Of a DNA stretch of 64,000 nucleotides, positions 30,001-45,000 are shown piece by piece. The notes beneath the pieces were generated by a model, which made no database searches, had not been told where the DNA came from, and saw nothing but the letters and a program-made list of their open reading frames with translations. The translations under genes were made by a program, and so were the position numbers. Position 1 is the stretch's first letter; each line of letters begins with the position of its first letter. Source of the DNA: Eledone cirrhosa (Eukaryota); NCBI GenBank assembly GCA_964016885.1, contig OZ024740.1, forward strand, positions 431,334,001 through 431,398,000. Reading direction: 5' to 3'.

Positions 30001-33000
30001 GTCCTCTCTACCTTACATGTCTCCAATTGTCAATCTTTAGAGAGGTTGTTATTCCCTTAACAGGAGTAAAGAGTGCTCTCTACCTTACATGTCTCCAATT
30101 GTCAATCTTTAGAGAGGTTGTTATTCCCTTAACAGGAGTAAAGAGTCCTCTCTACCTTGCATGTCTCCAATCGTCAATCTTTAGAGAGGTTGTTATTCCC
30201 TTAACAGGAGTAAAGAGTCCTCTCTACCTTACATGTCTCCAATTGTCAATCTTTACAGAGAGGTTGTTATTCCCTTAACAGGAGTAAAGAGTGCTCTCTA
30301 CCTTACATGTCTCCAATTGTCAATCTTTAGAGAGGTTGTTATTCCCTTAACAGGAGTAAAGAGTCCTCTCTACCTTACATGTCTCCAATTGTCAATCTTT
30401 AGAGAGGTTGTTATTCCCTTAACAGGAGTAAAGAGTCCTCTCTACCTTACATATCTCCAATTGTCAATCTTTAGAGAGGTTGTTATTCCCTTAACAGGAG
30501 TAAAGAGTCCTCTCTACCTTACATGTCTCCAATTGTCAATCTTTAGAGAGGTTGTTATTCCCTTAACAGGAGTAAAGAGTGCTCTCTACCTTACATGTCT
30601 CCAATTGTCAATCTTTACAGAGATGTTGTTATTCCCTTAACAGGAGTAAAGAGTCCACTCTACTTTACATGTCTCCAATTGTCAATCTTTAGAGAAGTTG
30701 TTATTCCCTTAACAGGAGTAAAGAGTCCTCTCTACCTTACATGTCTCCAATTGTCAATCTTTACAGAGAGGTTGTTATTCCCTTAAAAGGAGTAAAGAGT
30801 CCTCTCTACCTTACATGTCTCCAATTGTCAATCTTTAGAGAGGTTGTTATTCCCTTAACAGGAGTAAAGAGTGCTCTCTACCTTACATGTCTCCAATTGT
30901 CAATCTTTAGAGAGGTTGTTTTTCCATTAACAGGAGTAAAGAGTCCTCTCTACCGTACATGTCTCCAATTGTCAATCTTTAGAGAGGTTGTTATTCCCTT
31001 AACAGGAGTAAAGAGTGCTCTCTACCTTACATGTCTCCAATTGTCAATCTTTAGAGAGGTTGTTATTCCCTTAACAGGAGTAAAGAGTCCTCTCTACCTT
31101 GCATGTCTCCAATCGTCAATCTTTAGAGAGGTTGTTATTCCCTTAACAGGAGTAAAGAGTCCTCTCTACCTTACATGTCTCCAATTGTCAATCTTTAGAG
31201 AGGTTGTTATTCCCTTAACAGGAGTAAAGAGTCCTCTCTACTTTACATGTCTCCAATTGTCAATCTTTAGAGAGGTTGTTATTCTCTTAACGGGAGTAAA
31301 GAGTCCTCTCTACCTTACATGTCTCCAATTGTCAATCTTTAGAGAGGTTGTTATTCCCTTAACAGGAGTAAAGAGTCCTCTCTACCTTACATGTCTCCAA
31401 TTGTCAATCTTTAGAGGGGTTGTTATTCCCTTAACAGGAGTAAAGAGTGCTCTCTACCTTACATGTCTCCAATTGTCAATCTTTAGAGAGGTTGTTATTC
31501 CCTTAACAGGAGTAAAGAGTCCTCTCTACCTTACATGTCTCCAATTGTCAATCTTTAGAGAGGTTGTTATTCCCTTAACAGGATTAAAGAGTGCTCTCTA
31601 CCTTACATGTCTCCAATTGTCAATCTTTAGAGAGGTTGTTATTCCCTTAACAGGAGTAAAGAGTCCTCTCTACCTTACATATCTCCAATTGTCAATCTTT
31701 AGAGAGGTTGTTATTCCCTTAACAGGAGTAAAGAGTCCTCTCTACCTTACATGTCTCCAATTGTCAATCTTTACAGAGATGTTGTTATTCCCTTAACAGG
31801 AGTAAAGAGTCCACTCTACTTTACATGTCTCCAATTGTCAATCTTTAGAGAAGTTGTTATTCCCTTAACAGGAGTAAAGAGTCCTCTCTACCTTACATGT
31901 CTCCAATTGTCAATCTTTACAGAGAGGTTGTTATTCCCTTAACAGGAGTAAAGAGTCCTCTCTACCTTACATGTCTCCAATTGTCAATCTTTAGAGAGGT
32001 TGTTATTCCCTTAACAGGAGTAAAGAGTGCTCTCTACCTTACATGTCTCCAATTGTCAATCTTTAGAGAGGTTGTTTTTCCCTTAACAGGAGTAAAGAGT
32101 CCTCTCTACCTTACATGTCTCCAATTGTCAATCTTTAGAGAGGTTGTTATTCCCTTAACAGGAGTAAAGAGTGCTCTCTACCTTACATGTCTCCAATTGT
32201 CAATCTTTAGAGAGGTTGTTATTCCCTTAACAGGAGTAAAGAGTCCTCTCTACCTTGCATGTCTCCAATCGTCAATCTTTAGAGAGGTTGTTATTCCCTT
32301 AACAGGAGTAAAGAGTCCTCTCTACCTTACATGTCTCCAATTGTCAATCTTTACAGAGAGGTTGTTATTCCCTTAACAGGAGTAAAGAGTGCTCTCTACC
32401 TTACATGTCTCCAATTGTCAATCTTTAGAGAGGTTGTTATTCCCTTAACAGGAGTAAAGAGTCCTCTCTACCTTACATGTCTCCAATTGTCAATCTTTAG
32501 AGAGGTTGTTATTCCCTTAACAGGATTAAAGAGTGCTCTCTACCTTACATGTCTCCAATTGTCAATCTTTAGAGAGGTTGTTATTCCCTTAACAGGAGTA
32601 AAGAGTCCTCTCTACCTAAACATATCTCCAATTGTCAATCTTTAGAGAGGTTGTTATTCCCTTAACAGGAGTAAAGAGTCCTCTCTACCTTACATGTCTC
32701 CAATTGTCAATCTTTACAGAGATGTTGTTATTCCCTTAACAGGAGTAAAGAGTCCACTCTACTTTACATGTCTCCAATTGTCAATCTTTAGAGAAGTTGT
32801 TATTCCCTTAACAGGAGTAAAGAGTCCTCTCTACCTTACATGTCTCCAATTGTCAATCTTTAGAGAGGTTGTTATTCCCTTAACAGGAGTAAAGAGTCCT
32901 CTCTACCTTACATGTCTCCAATTGTCAATCTTTAGAGAGGTTGTTATTCCCTTAACAGGAGTAAAGAGTGCTCTCTACCTTACATGTCTCCAATTGTCAA

Positions 33001-36000
33001 TCTTTAGAGAGGTTGTTTTTCCCTTAACAGGAGTAAAGAGTCCTCTCTACCTTACATGTCTCCAATTGTCAATCTTTAGAGAGGTTGTTATTCCCTTAAC
33101 AGGAGTAAAGAGTGCTCTCTACCTTACATGTCTCCAATTGTCAATCTTTAGAGAGGTTGTTATTCCCTTAACAGGAGTAAAGAGTCCTCTCTACCTTGCA
33201 TGTCTCCAATCGTCAATCTTTAGAGAGGTTGTTATTCCCTTAACAGGAGTAAAGAGTCCTCTCTACCTTACATGTCTCCAATTGTCAATCTTTACAGAGA
33301 GGTTGTTATTCCCTTAACAGGAGTAAAGAGTGCTCTCTACCTTACATGTCTCCAATTGTCAATCTTTAGAGAGGTTGTTATTCCCTTAACAGGAGTAAAG
33401 AGTCCTCTCTACCTTACATGTCTCCAATTGTCAATCTTTAGAGAGGTTGTTATTCCCTTAACAGGAGTAAAGAGTCCTCTCTACCTTACATATCTCCAAT
33501 TGTCAATCTTTAGAGAGGTTGTTATTCCCTTAACAGGAGTAAAGAGTCCTCTCTACCTTACATGTCTCCAATTGTCAATCTTTAGAGAGGTTGTTATTCC
33601 CTTAACAGGAGTAAAGAGTGCTCTCTACCTTACATGTCTCCAATTGTCAATCTTTACAGAGATGTTGTTATTCCCTTAACAGGAGTAAAGAGTCCACTCT
33701 ACTTTACATGTCTCCAATTGTCAATCTTTAGAGAAGTTGTTATTCCCTTAACAGGAGTAAAGAGTCCTCTCTACCTTACATGTCTCCAATTGTCAATCTT
33801 TACAGAGAGGTTGTTATTCCCTTAAAAGGAGTAAAGAGTCCTCTCTACCTTACATGTCTCCAATTGTCAATCTTTAGAGAGGTTGTTATTCCCTTAACAG
33901 GAGTAAAGAGTGCTCTCTACCTTACATGTCTCCAATTGTCAATCTTTAGAGAGGTTGTTTTTCCATTAACAGGAGTAAAGAGTCCTCTCTACCGTACATG
34001 TCTCCAATTGTCAATCTTTAGAGAGGTTGTTATTCCCTTAACAGGAGTAAAGAGTGCTCTCTACCTTACATGTCTCCAATTGTCAATCTTTAGAGAGGTT
34101 GTTATTCCCTTAACAGGAGTAAAGAGTCCTCTCTACCTTGCATGTCTCCAATCGTCAATCTTTAGAGAGGTTGTTATTCCCTTAACAGGAGTAAAGAGTC
34201 CTCTCTACCTTACATGTCTCCAATTGTCAATCTTTACAGAGAGGTTGTTATTCCCTTAACAGGAGTAAAGAGTGCTCTCTACCTTACATGTCTCCAATTG
34301 TCAATCTTTAGAGAGGTTGTTATTCCCTTAACAGGAGTAAAGAGTCCTCTCTACCTTACATGTCTCCAATTGTCAATCTTTAGAGAGGTTGTTATTCCCT
34401 TAACAGGATTAAAGAGTGCTCTCTACCTTACATGTCTCCAATTGTCAATCTTTAGAGAGGTTGTTATTCCCTTAACAGGAGTAAAGAGTCCTCTCTACCT
34501 TACATATCTCCAATTGTCAATCTTTAGAGAGGTTGTTATTCCCTTAACAGGAGTAAAGAGTCCTCTCTACCTTACATGTCTCCAATTGTCAATCTTTACA
34601 GAGATGTTGTTATTCCCTTAACAGGAGTAAAGAGTCCACTCTACTTTACATGTCTCCAATTGTCAATCTTTAGAGAAGTTGTTATTCCCTTAACAGGAGT
34701 AAAGAGTCCTCTCTACCTTACATGTCTCCAATTGTCAATCTTTACAGAGAGGTTGTTATTCCCTTAACAGGAGTAAAGAGTCCTCTCTACCTTACATGTC
34801 TCCAATTGTCAATCTTTAGAGAGGTTGTTATTCCCTTAACAGGAGTAAAGAGTGCTCTCTACCTTACATGTCTCCAATTGTCAATCTTTAGAGAGGTTGT
34901 TTTTCCCTTAACAGGAGTAAAGAGTCCTCTCTACCTTACATGTCTCCAATTGTCAATCTTTAGAGAGGTTGTTATTCCCTTAACAGGAGTAAAGAGTGCT
35001 CTCTACCTTACATGTCTCCAATTGTCAATCTTTAGAGAGGTTGTTATTCCCTTAACAGGAGTAAAGAGTCCTCTCTACCTTGCATGTCTCCAATCGTCAA
35101 TCTTTAGAGAGGTTGTTATTCCCTTAACAGGAGTAAAGAGTCCTCTCTACCTTACATGTCTCCAATTGTCAATCTTTACAGAGAGGTTGTTATTCCCTTA
35201 ACAGGAGTAAAGAGTCCACTCTACTTTACATGTCTCCAATTGTCAATCTTTAGAGAAGTTGTTATTCCCTTAACAGGAGTAAAGAGTCCTCTCTACCTTA
35301 CATGTCTCCAATTGTCAATCTTTAGAGAGGTTGTTATTCCCTTAACAGGAGTAAAGAGTGCTCTCTACCTTACATGTCTCCAATTGTCAATCTTTAGAGA
35401 GGTTGTTATTCCCTTAACAGGAGTAGAGAGTCCTCTCTACCTTACATGTCTCCAATTGTCAGTCTTTACAGAGAGGTTGTTATTCCCTTAACAGGAGTAA
35501 AGAATCCTCTCTACTTTACATGTCTCCAATTGTCAATCTTTAGAGAGGTTGTTATTCCCTTAACAGGAGTAAAGAGTCCTCTCTACCTTACATGTCTCCA
35601 ATTGTCAATCTTTAGAGAGGTTGTTATTCCCTTAACAGGAGTAAAGAGTCCTCTCTACCTTACATGTCTCCAATTGTCAATCTTTAGAGAGGTTGTTATT
35701 CCCTTAACAGGAGTAAAGAGTCCTCTCTACCTTACATGTCTCCAATTGTCAATCTTTAGAGAGGTTGTTATTCCCTTAACAGGATTAAAGAGTGCTCTCT
35801 ACCTTACATGTCTCCAATTGTCAATCTTTAGAGAGGTTGTTATTCCCTTAACAGGAGTAAAGAGTCCTCTCTACCTTACATGTCTCCAATTGTCAATCTT
35901 TACAGAGATGTTGTTATTCCCTTAACAGGAGTAAAGAGTCCACTCTACTTTACATGTCTCCAATTGTCAATCTTTAGAGAAGTTGTTATTCCCTTAACAG

Positions 36001-39000
36001 GAGTAAAGAGTCCTCTCTACCTTACATGTCTCCAATTGTCAATCTTTACAGAGAGGTTGTTATTCCCTTAACAGGAGTAAAGAGTCCTCTCTACCTTACA
36101 TGTCTCCAATTGTCAATCTTTAGAGAGGTTGTTATTCCCTTAACAGGAGTAAAGAGTCCTCTCTACCTTACATGTCTCCAATTGTCAATCTTTAGAGAGG
36201 TTGTTATTCCCTTAACAGGAGTAAAGAGTCCTCTCTACCTTACATGTCTCCAATTGTCAATCTTTAGAGAGGTTGTTATTCCCTTAACAGGAGTAAAGAG
36301 TCCTCTCTACTTTACATGTCTCCAATTGTCAATCTTTAGAGAGGTTGTTATTCCCTTAACAGGAGTAGAGAGTCCTCTCTACCTTACATGTCTCCAATTG
36401 TCAATCTTTACAGAGAGGTTGTTATTCCCTTAACAGGAGTAAAGAGTCCTCTCTACCTTACATGTCTCCAATTGTCAATCTTTAGAGAGGTTGTTATTCC
36501 CTAAACAGGAGTAGAGTCCTCTCTACCTTACATGTCTCCAATTGTCAATCTTTAGAGAGGTTGTTATTCCCTTAACAGGAGTAAAGAGGCCTCTCTACCT
36601 TACATGTCTCCAATTGTCAATCTTTAGAGAGGTTGTTATTCCCTTAACAGGAGTAAAGAGTCCTCTCTACCTTACATGTCTCTCATTGTGAATCTTTAGA
36701 GAGGTTGTTATTCCCTTAACAGGAGTAAAGAGTCCTCTCTACCTTACATGTCTCCAATTGTCAATCTTTAGAGAGGTTGTTATTCCCTTAACAGGAGTAA
36801 AGAGTGCTCTCTACCTTACATGTCTCCAATTGTCAATCTTTAGAGAGGTTGTTATTCCCTTAACAGGAGTAGAGTCCTCTCTACCTTACATGTCTCCAAT
36901 TGTCAATCTTTAGAGAGGTTGTTATTCACTTAACATGAGTAAAGAGTCCTCTCTACCTTACATGTCTCCAATTGTCAATCTTTAGAGAGGTTGTTATTCC
37001 CTTAACAGGAGTAAAGAGTCCTCTCTACCTTACATGTCTCCAATTGTCAATCTTTAGAGAGGTTGTTATTCCCTTAACAGGAGTAAAGAGTCCTCTCTAC
37101 TTTACATGTCTCAAATTGTCAATCTTTAGAGAGGTTGTTATTCCCTTAACGGGAGTAAAGAGTCCTCTCTACCTTACATGTCTCCAATTGTCAATCTTTA
37201 GAGAGGTTGTTATTCCCTTAACAGGAGTAAAGAGTCCTCTCTACCTTATGTCTCCAATTGTCAATCTTTAGAGAGGTTGTTATTCCCTTAACAGGAGTAA
37301 AGAGTGCTCTCTACCTTACATGTCTCCAATTGTCAATCTTTAGAGAGGTTGTTATTCCCTTAACAGGAGTAAAGAGTCCTCTCTACCTTACATGTCTCCT
37401 AATTGTCAATCTTTAGAGAGGTTGTTATTCCCTTAACAGGAGTAAAGAGTCCTCTCTACCTTACATGTCTCCAATTGTCAATCTTTAGAGAGGTTGTTAT
37501 TCCCTTAACAGGAGTAAAGAGTCCTCTCTACTTTACATGTCTCCAATTGTCAATCTTTAGAGAGGTTGTTATTCCCTTAACAGGAGTAAAGAGTCCTCTC
37601 TACCTTACATGTCTCCAATTGTCAATATTTACAGAGAGGTTGTTATTCCCTTAACAGGAGTAAAGAGTGCTCTCTACCTTACATGTCTCCAATTGTCAAT
37701 CTTTAGAGAGGTTGTTATTCCCTTAACAGGAGTAAAGAGTCCTCTCTACCTTACATGTCTCCTAATTGTCAATCTTTAGAGAGGTTGTTATTCCCTTAAC
37801 AGGAGTAAAGAGTCCTCTCTACCTTACATGTCTCCAATTGTCAATCTTTAGAGAGGTTGTTATTCCCTTAACAGGAGTAAAGAGTCCTCTCTACCTTACA
37901 TGTCTCCAATTGTCAATCTTTAGAGAGGTTGTTATTCCCTTAACAGGAGTAAAGAGTCCTCTCTACTTTACATGTCTCCAATTGTCAATCTTTAGAGAGG
38001 TTGTTATTCTCTTAACGGGAGTAAAGAGTCCTCTCTACCTTACATGTCTCCAATTGTCAATCTTTAGAGAGGTTGTTATTCCCTTAACAGGAGTAAAGAG
38101 TCCTCTCTACCTTACATGTCTCCAATTGTCAATCTTTAGAGGGGTTGTTATTCCCTTAACAGGAGTAAAGAGTGCTCTCTACCTTACATGTCTCCAATTG
38201 TCAATCTTTAGAGAGGTTGTTATTCCCTTAACAGGAGTAAAGAGTCCTCTCTACCTTACATGTCTCCAATTGTCAATCTTTAGAGAGGTTGTTATTCCCT
38301 TAACAGGATTAAAGAGTGCTCTCTACCTTACATGTCTCCAATTGTCAATCTTTAGAGAGGTTGTTATTCCCTTAACAGGAGTAAAGAGTCCTCTCTACCT
38401 TACATATCTCCAATTGTCAATCTTTAGAGAGGTTGTTATTCCCTTAACAGGAGTAAAGAGTCCTCTCTACCTTACATGTCTCCAATTGTCAATCTTTACA
38501 GAGATGTTGTTATTCCCTTAACAGGAGTAAAGAGTCCACTCTACTTTACATGTCTCCAATTGTCAATCTTTAGAGAAGTTGTTATTCCCTTAACAGGAGT
38601 AAAGAGTCCTCTCTACCTTACATGTCTCCAATTGTCAATCTTTACAGAGAGGTTGTTATTCCCTTAACAGGAGTAAAGAGTCCTCTCTACCTTACATGTC
38701 TCCAATTGTCAATCTTTAGAGAGGTTGTTATTCCCTTAACAGGAGTAAAGAGTGCTCTCTACCTTACATGTCTCCAATTGTCAATCTTTAGAGAGGTTGT
38801 TTTTCCCTTAACAGGAGTAAAGAGTCCTCTCTACCTTACATGTCTCCAATTGTCAATCTTTAGAGAGGTTGTTATTCCCTTAACAGGAGTAAAGAGTGCT
38901 CTCTACCTTACATGTCTCCAATTGTCAATCTTTAGAGAGGTTGTTATTCCCTTAACAGGAGTAAAGAGTCCTCTCTACCTTGCATGTCTCCAATCGTCAA

Positions 39001-42000
39001 TCTTTAGAGAGGTTGTTATTCCCTTAACAGGAGTAAAGAGTCCTCTCTACCTTACATGTCTCCAATTGTCAATCTTTACAGAGAGGTTGTTATTCCCTTA
39101 ACAGGAGTAAAGAGTGCTCTCTACCTTACATGTCTCCAATTGTCAATCTTTAGAGAGGTTGTTATTCCCTCAACAGGAGTAAAGAGTCCTCTCTACCTTA
39201 CATGTCTCCAATTGTCAATCATTAGAGAGGTTGTTATTCCCTTAACAGGATTAAAGAGTGCTCTCTACCTTACATGTCTCCAATTGTCAATCTTTAGAGA
39301 GGTTGTTATTCCCTTAACAGGAGTAAAGAGTCCTCTCTACCTTACATATCTCCAATTGTCAATCTTTAGAGAGGTTGTTATTCCCTTAACAGGAGTAAAG
39401 AGTCCTCTCTACCTTACATGTCTCCAATTGTCAATCTTTACAGAGATGTTGTTATTCCCTTAACAGGAGTAAAGAGTCCACTCTACTTTACATGTCTCCA
39501 ATTGTCAATCTTTAGAGAAGTTGTTATTCCCTTAACAGGAGTAAAGAGTCCTCTCTACCTTACATGTCTCCAATTGTCAATCTTTACAGAGAGGTTGTTA
39601 TTCCCTTAACAGGAGTAAAGAGTCCTCTCTACCTTACATGTCTCCAATTGTCAATCTTTAGAGAGGTTGTTATTCCCTTAACAGGAGTAAAGAGTGCTCT
39701 CTACCTTACATGTCTCCAATTGTCAATCTTTAGAGAGGTTGTTTTTCCCTTAACAGGAGTAAAGAGTCCTCTCTACCTTACATGTCTCCAATTGTCAATC
39801 TTTAGAGAGGTTGTTATTCCCTTAACAGGAGTAAAGAGTGCTCTCTACCTTACATGTCTCCAATTGTCAATCTTTAGAGAGGTTGTTATTCCCTTAACAG
39901 GAGTAAAGAGTCCTCTCTACCTTGCATGTCTCCAATCGTCAATCTTTAGAGAGGTTGTTATTCCCTTAACAGGAGTAAAGAGTCCTCTCTACCTTACATG
40001 TCTCCAATTGTCAATCTTTACAGAGAGGTTGTTATTCCCTTAACAGGAGTAAAGAGTCCACTCTACTTTACATGTCTCCAATTGTCAATCTTTAGAGAAG
40101 TTGTTATTCCCTTAACAGGAGTAAAGAGTCCTCTCTACCTTACATGTCTCCAATTGTCAATCTTTAGAGAGGTTGTTATTCCCTTAACAGGAGTAAAGAG
40201 TGCTCTCTACCTTACATGTCTCCAATTGTCAATCTTTAGAGAGGTTGTTATTCCCTTAACAGGAGTAAAGAGTCCTCTCTACCTTACATGTCTCCAATTG
40301 TCAATCTTTAGAGAGGTTGTTATTCCCTTAACAGGAGTAAAGAGTCCTCTCTACCTTACATGTCTCCAATTGTCAATCTTTACAGAGAGGTTGTTATTCC
40401 CTTAACAGGAGTAAAGAATCCTCTCTACTTTACATGTCTCCAATTGTCAATCTTTAGAGAGGTTGTTATTCCCTTAACAGGAGTAAAGAGTCCTCTCTAC
40501 CTTACATGTCTCCAATTGTCAATCTTTAGAGAGGTTGTTATTCCCTTAACAGGAGTAAAGAGTCCTCTCTACCTTACATGTCTCCAATTGTCAATCTTTA
40601 GAGAGGTTGTTATTCCCTTAACAGGAGTAAAGAGTGCTCTCTACCTTACATGTCTCCAATTGTCAATCTTTAGAGAGGTTGTTATTCCCTTAACAGGAGT
40701 AGAGAGTCCTCTCTACCTTACATGTCTCCAATTGTCAATCTTTACAGAGAGGTTGTTATTCCCTTAACAGGAGTAAAGAATCCTCTCTACTTTACATGTC
40801 TCCAATTGTCAATCTTTAGAGAGGTTGTTATTCCCTTAACAGGAGTAAAGAGTCCTCTCTACCTTACATGTCTCCAATTGTCAATCTTTAGAGAGGTTGT
40901 TATTCCCTTAACAGGAGTAAAGAGTCCTCTCTACCTTAAATGTCTCCAATTGTCAATCTTTAGAGAGGTTGTTATTCCCTTAACAGGAGTAAAGAGTGCT
41001 CTCTACCTTACATGTCTCCAATTGTCAATCTTTAGAGAGGTTTTTATTCCCTTAACAGGAGTAAAGAGTCCTCTCTACCTTACATGTCTCCAATTGTCAA
41101 TCTTTAGAGAGGTTGTTATTCCCTTAACAGGAGTAAAGAGTCCTCTCTACTTTACATGTCTCAAATTGTCAATCTTTAGAGAGGTTGTTATTCCCTTAAC
41201 AGGAGTAGAGAGTCCTCTCTACCTTACATGTCTCCAATTGTCAATCTTTACAGAGATGTTGTTATTCCCTTAACAGGAGTAAAGAATCCTCTCTACTTTA
41301 CATGTCTCCAATTGTCAATCTTTAGAGAGGTTGTTATTCCCTTAACAGGAGTAAAGACTCCTCTCTACCTTACATGTCTCCAATTGTCAATCTTTAGAGA
41401 GGTTGTTATTCCCTTAACAGGAGTAAAGAGTCCTCTCTACTTTACATGTCTCAAATTGTCAATCTTTAGAGAGGTTGTTATTCCCTTAACAGGAGTAAAG
41501 AGTCCTCTCTACCTTACATGTCTCCAATTGTCAATCTTTAGAGAGGTTGTTATTCCCTTAACAGGAGTAAAGAGTCCTCTCTACTTTACATGTCTCCAAT
41601 TGTCAATCTTTAGAGAGGTTGTTATTCCCTTAACGGGAGTAAAGAGTCCTCTCTACCTTACATGTCTCCAATTGTCAATCTTTAGAGAGGTTGTTATTCC
41701 CTTAACAGGAGTAAAGAGTCCTCTCTACCTTACATGTCTCCAATTGTCAATCTTTAGAGAGGTTGTTATTCCCTTAACAGGAGTAAAGAGTGCTCTCTAC
41801 CTTACATGTCTCCAATTGTCAATCTTTAGAGAGGTTGTTATTCCCTTAACAGGAGTAAAGAGTCCTCTCTACCTTACATGTCTCCAATTGTCAATCTTTA
41901 GAGAGGTTGTTATTCCCTTAACAGGAGTAAAGAGTCCTCTCTACCTTACATGTCTCCAATTGTCAATCTTTAGAGAGGTTGTTATTCCCTTAACAGGAGT

Positions 42001-45000
42001 AAAGAGTCCTCTCTACCTTACATGTCTACAATTGTCAATCTTTAGAGAGGTTGTTATTCCCTTAACAGGAGTAAAGAGTGCTCTCTACCTTACATGTCTC
42101 CAATTGTCAATCTTTAGAGAGGTTGTTATTCCCTTAACAGGAGTAAAGAGTCCTCTCTACCTTACATGTCTCCAATTGTCAATCTTTAGAGAGGTTGTTA
42201 TTCCCTTAACAGGAGTAAAGAGTCCTCTCTACCTTACATGTCTCCAATTGTCAATCTTTAGAGAGGTTGTTATTCCCTTAACAGGAGTAAAGAGTCCTCT
42301 CTACCTTACATGTCTCCAATTGTCAATCTTTAGAGAGGTTGTTATTCCCTTAACAGGAGTAAAGAGTCCTCTCTACCTTACATGTCTCCAATTGTCAATC
42401 TTTAGAGAGGTTGTTATTCCCTTAACAGGAGTAAAGAGTCCTCTCTACCTTACATGTCTACAATTGTCAATCTTTAGAGAGGTTGTTATTCCCTTAACAG
42501 GAGTAAAGAGTCCTCTCTACCTTACATGTCTCCAATTGTCAATCTTTAGAGAGGTTGTTATTCCCTTAACAGGAGTAAAGAGTCCTCTCTACCTTACATG
42601 TCTCCAATTGTCAATCTTTAGAGAGGTTGTTATTCCCTTAACAGGAGTAAAGAGTCCTCTCTACTTTACATGTCTCCAATTGTCAATCTTTAGAGAGGTT
42701 GTTATTCTCTTAACGGGAGTAAAGAGTCCTCTCTACCTTACATGTCTCCAATTGTCAATCTTTAGAGAGGTTGTTATTCCCTTAACAGGAGTAAAGAGTC
42801 CTCTCTACCTTACATGTCTCCAATTGTCAATCTTTAGAGGGGTTGTTATTCCCTTAACAGGAGTAAAGAGTGCTCTCTACCTTACATGTCTCCAATTGTC
42901 AATCTTTAGAGAGGTTGTTATTCCCTTAACAGGAGTAAAGAGTCCTCTCTACCTTACATGTCTCCAATTGTCAATCTTTAGAGAGGTTGTTATTCCCTTA
43001 ACAGGATTAAAGAGTGCTCTCTACCTTACATGTCTCCAATTGTCAATCTTTAGAGAGGTTGTTATTCCCTTAACAGGAGTAAAGAGTCCTCTCTACCTTA
43101 CATATCTCCAATTGTCAATCTTTAGAGAGGTTGTTATTCCCTTAACAGGAGTAAAGAGTCCTCTCTACCTTACATGTCTCCAATTGTCAATCTTTAGAGG
43201 GGTTGTTATTCCCTTAACAGGAGTAAAGAGTGCTCTCTACCTTACATGTCTCCAATTGTCAATCTTTAGAGAGGTTGTTATTCCCTTAACAGGAGTAAAG
43301 AGTCCTCTCTACCTTACATGTCTCCAATTGTCAATCTTTAGAGAGGTTGTTATTCCCTTAACAGGATTAAAGAGTGCTCTCTACCTTACATGTCTCCAAT
43401 TGTCAATCTTTAGAGAGGTTGTTATTCCCTTAACAGGAGTAAAGAGTCCTCTCTACCTTACATATCTCCAATTGTCAATCTTTAGAGAGGTTGTTATTCC
43501 CTTAACAGGAGTAAAGAGTCCTCTCTACCTTACATGTCTCCAATTGTCAATCTTTACAGAGATGTTGTTATTCCCTTAACAGGAGTAAAGAGTCCACTCT
43601 ACTTTACATGTCTCCAATTGTCAATCTTTAGAGAAGTTGTTATTCCCTTAACAGGAGTAAAGAGTCCTCTCTACCTTACATGTCTCCAATTGTCAATCTT
43701 TACAGAGAGGTTGTTATTCCCTTAACAGGAGTAAAGAGTCCTCTCTACCTTACATGTCTCCAATTGTCAATCTTTAGAGAGGTTGTTATTCCCTTAACAG
43801 GAGTAAAGAGTGCTCTCTACCTTACATGTCTCCAATTGTCAATCTTTAGAGAGGTTGTTTTTCCCTTAACAGGAGTAAAGAGTCCTCTCTACCTTACATG
43901 TCTCCAATTGTCAATCTTTAGAGAGGTTGTTATTCCCTTAACAGGAGTAAAGAGTGCTCTCTACCTTACATGTCTCCAATTGTCAATCTTTAGAGAGGTT
44001 GTTATTCCCTTAACAGGAGTAAAGAGTCCTCTCTACCTTGCATGTCTCCAATCGTCAATCTTTAGAGAGGTTGTTATTCCCTTAACAGGAGTAAAGAGTC
44101 CTCTCTACCTTACATGTCTCCAATTGTCAATCTTTACAGAGAGGTTGTTATTCCCTTAACAGGAGTAAAGAGTGCTCTCTACCTTACATGTCTCCAATTG
44201 TCAATCTTTAGAGAGGTTGTTATTCCCTTAACAGGAGTAAAGAGTCCTCTCTACCTTACATGTCTCCAATTGTCAATCATTAGAGAGGTTGTTATTCCCT
44301 TAACAGGATTAAAGAGTGCTCTCTACCTTACATGTCTCCAATTGTCAATCTTTAGAGAGGTTGTTATTCCCTTAACAGGAGTAAAGAGTCCTCTCTACCT
44401 TACATATCTCCAATTGTCAATCTTTAGAGAGGTTGTTATTCCCTTAACAGGAGTAAAGAGTCCTCTCTACCTTACATGTCTCCAATTGTCAATCTTTACA
44501 GAGATGTTGTTATTCCCTTAACAGGAGTAAAGAGTCCACTCTACTTTACATGTCTCCAATTGTCAATCTTTAGAGAAGTTGTTATTCCCTTAACAGGAGT
44601 AAAGAGTCCTCTCTACCTTACATGTCTCCAATTGTCAATCTTTACAGAGAGGTTGTTATTCCCTTAACAGGAGTAAAGAGTCCTCTCTACCTTACATGTC
44701 TCCAATTGTCAATCTTTAGAGAGGTTGTTATTCCCTTAACAGGAGTAAAGAGTCCTCTCTACCTTACATGTCTCCAATTGTCAATCTTTAGAGAGGTTGT
44801 TTTTCCCTTAACAGGAGTAAAGAGTCCTCTCTACCTTACATGTCTCCAATTGTCAATCTTTAGAGAGGTTGTTATTCCCTTAACAGGAGTAAAGAGTGCT
44901 CTCTACCTTACATGTCTCCAATTGTCAATCTTTAGAGAGGTTGTTATTCCCTTAACAGGAGTAAAGAGTCCTCTCTACCTTGCATGTCTCCAATCGTCAA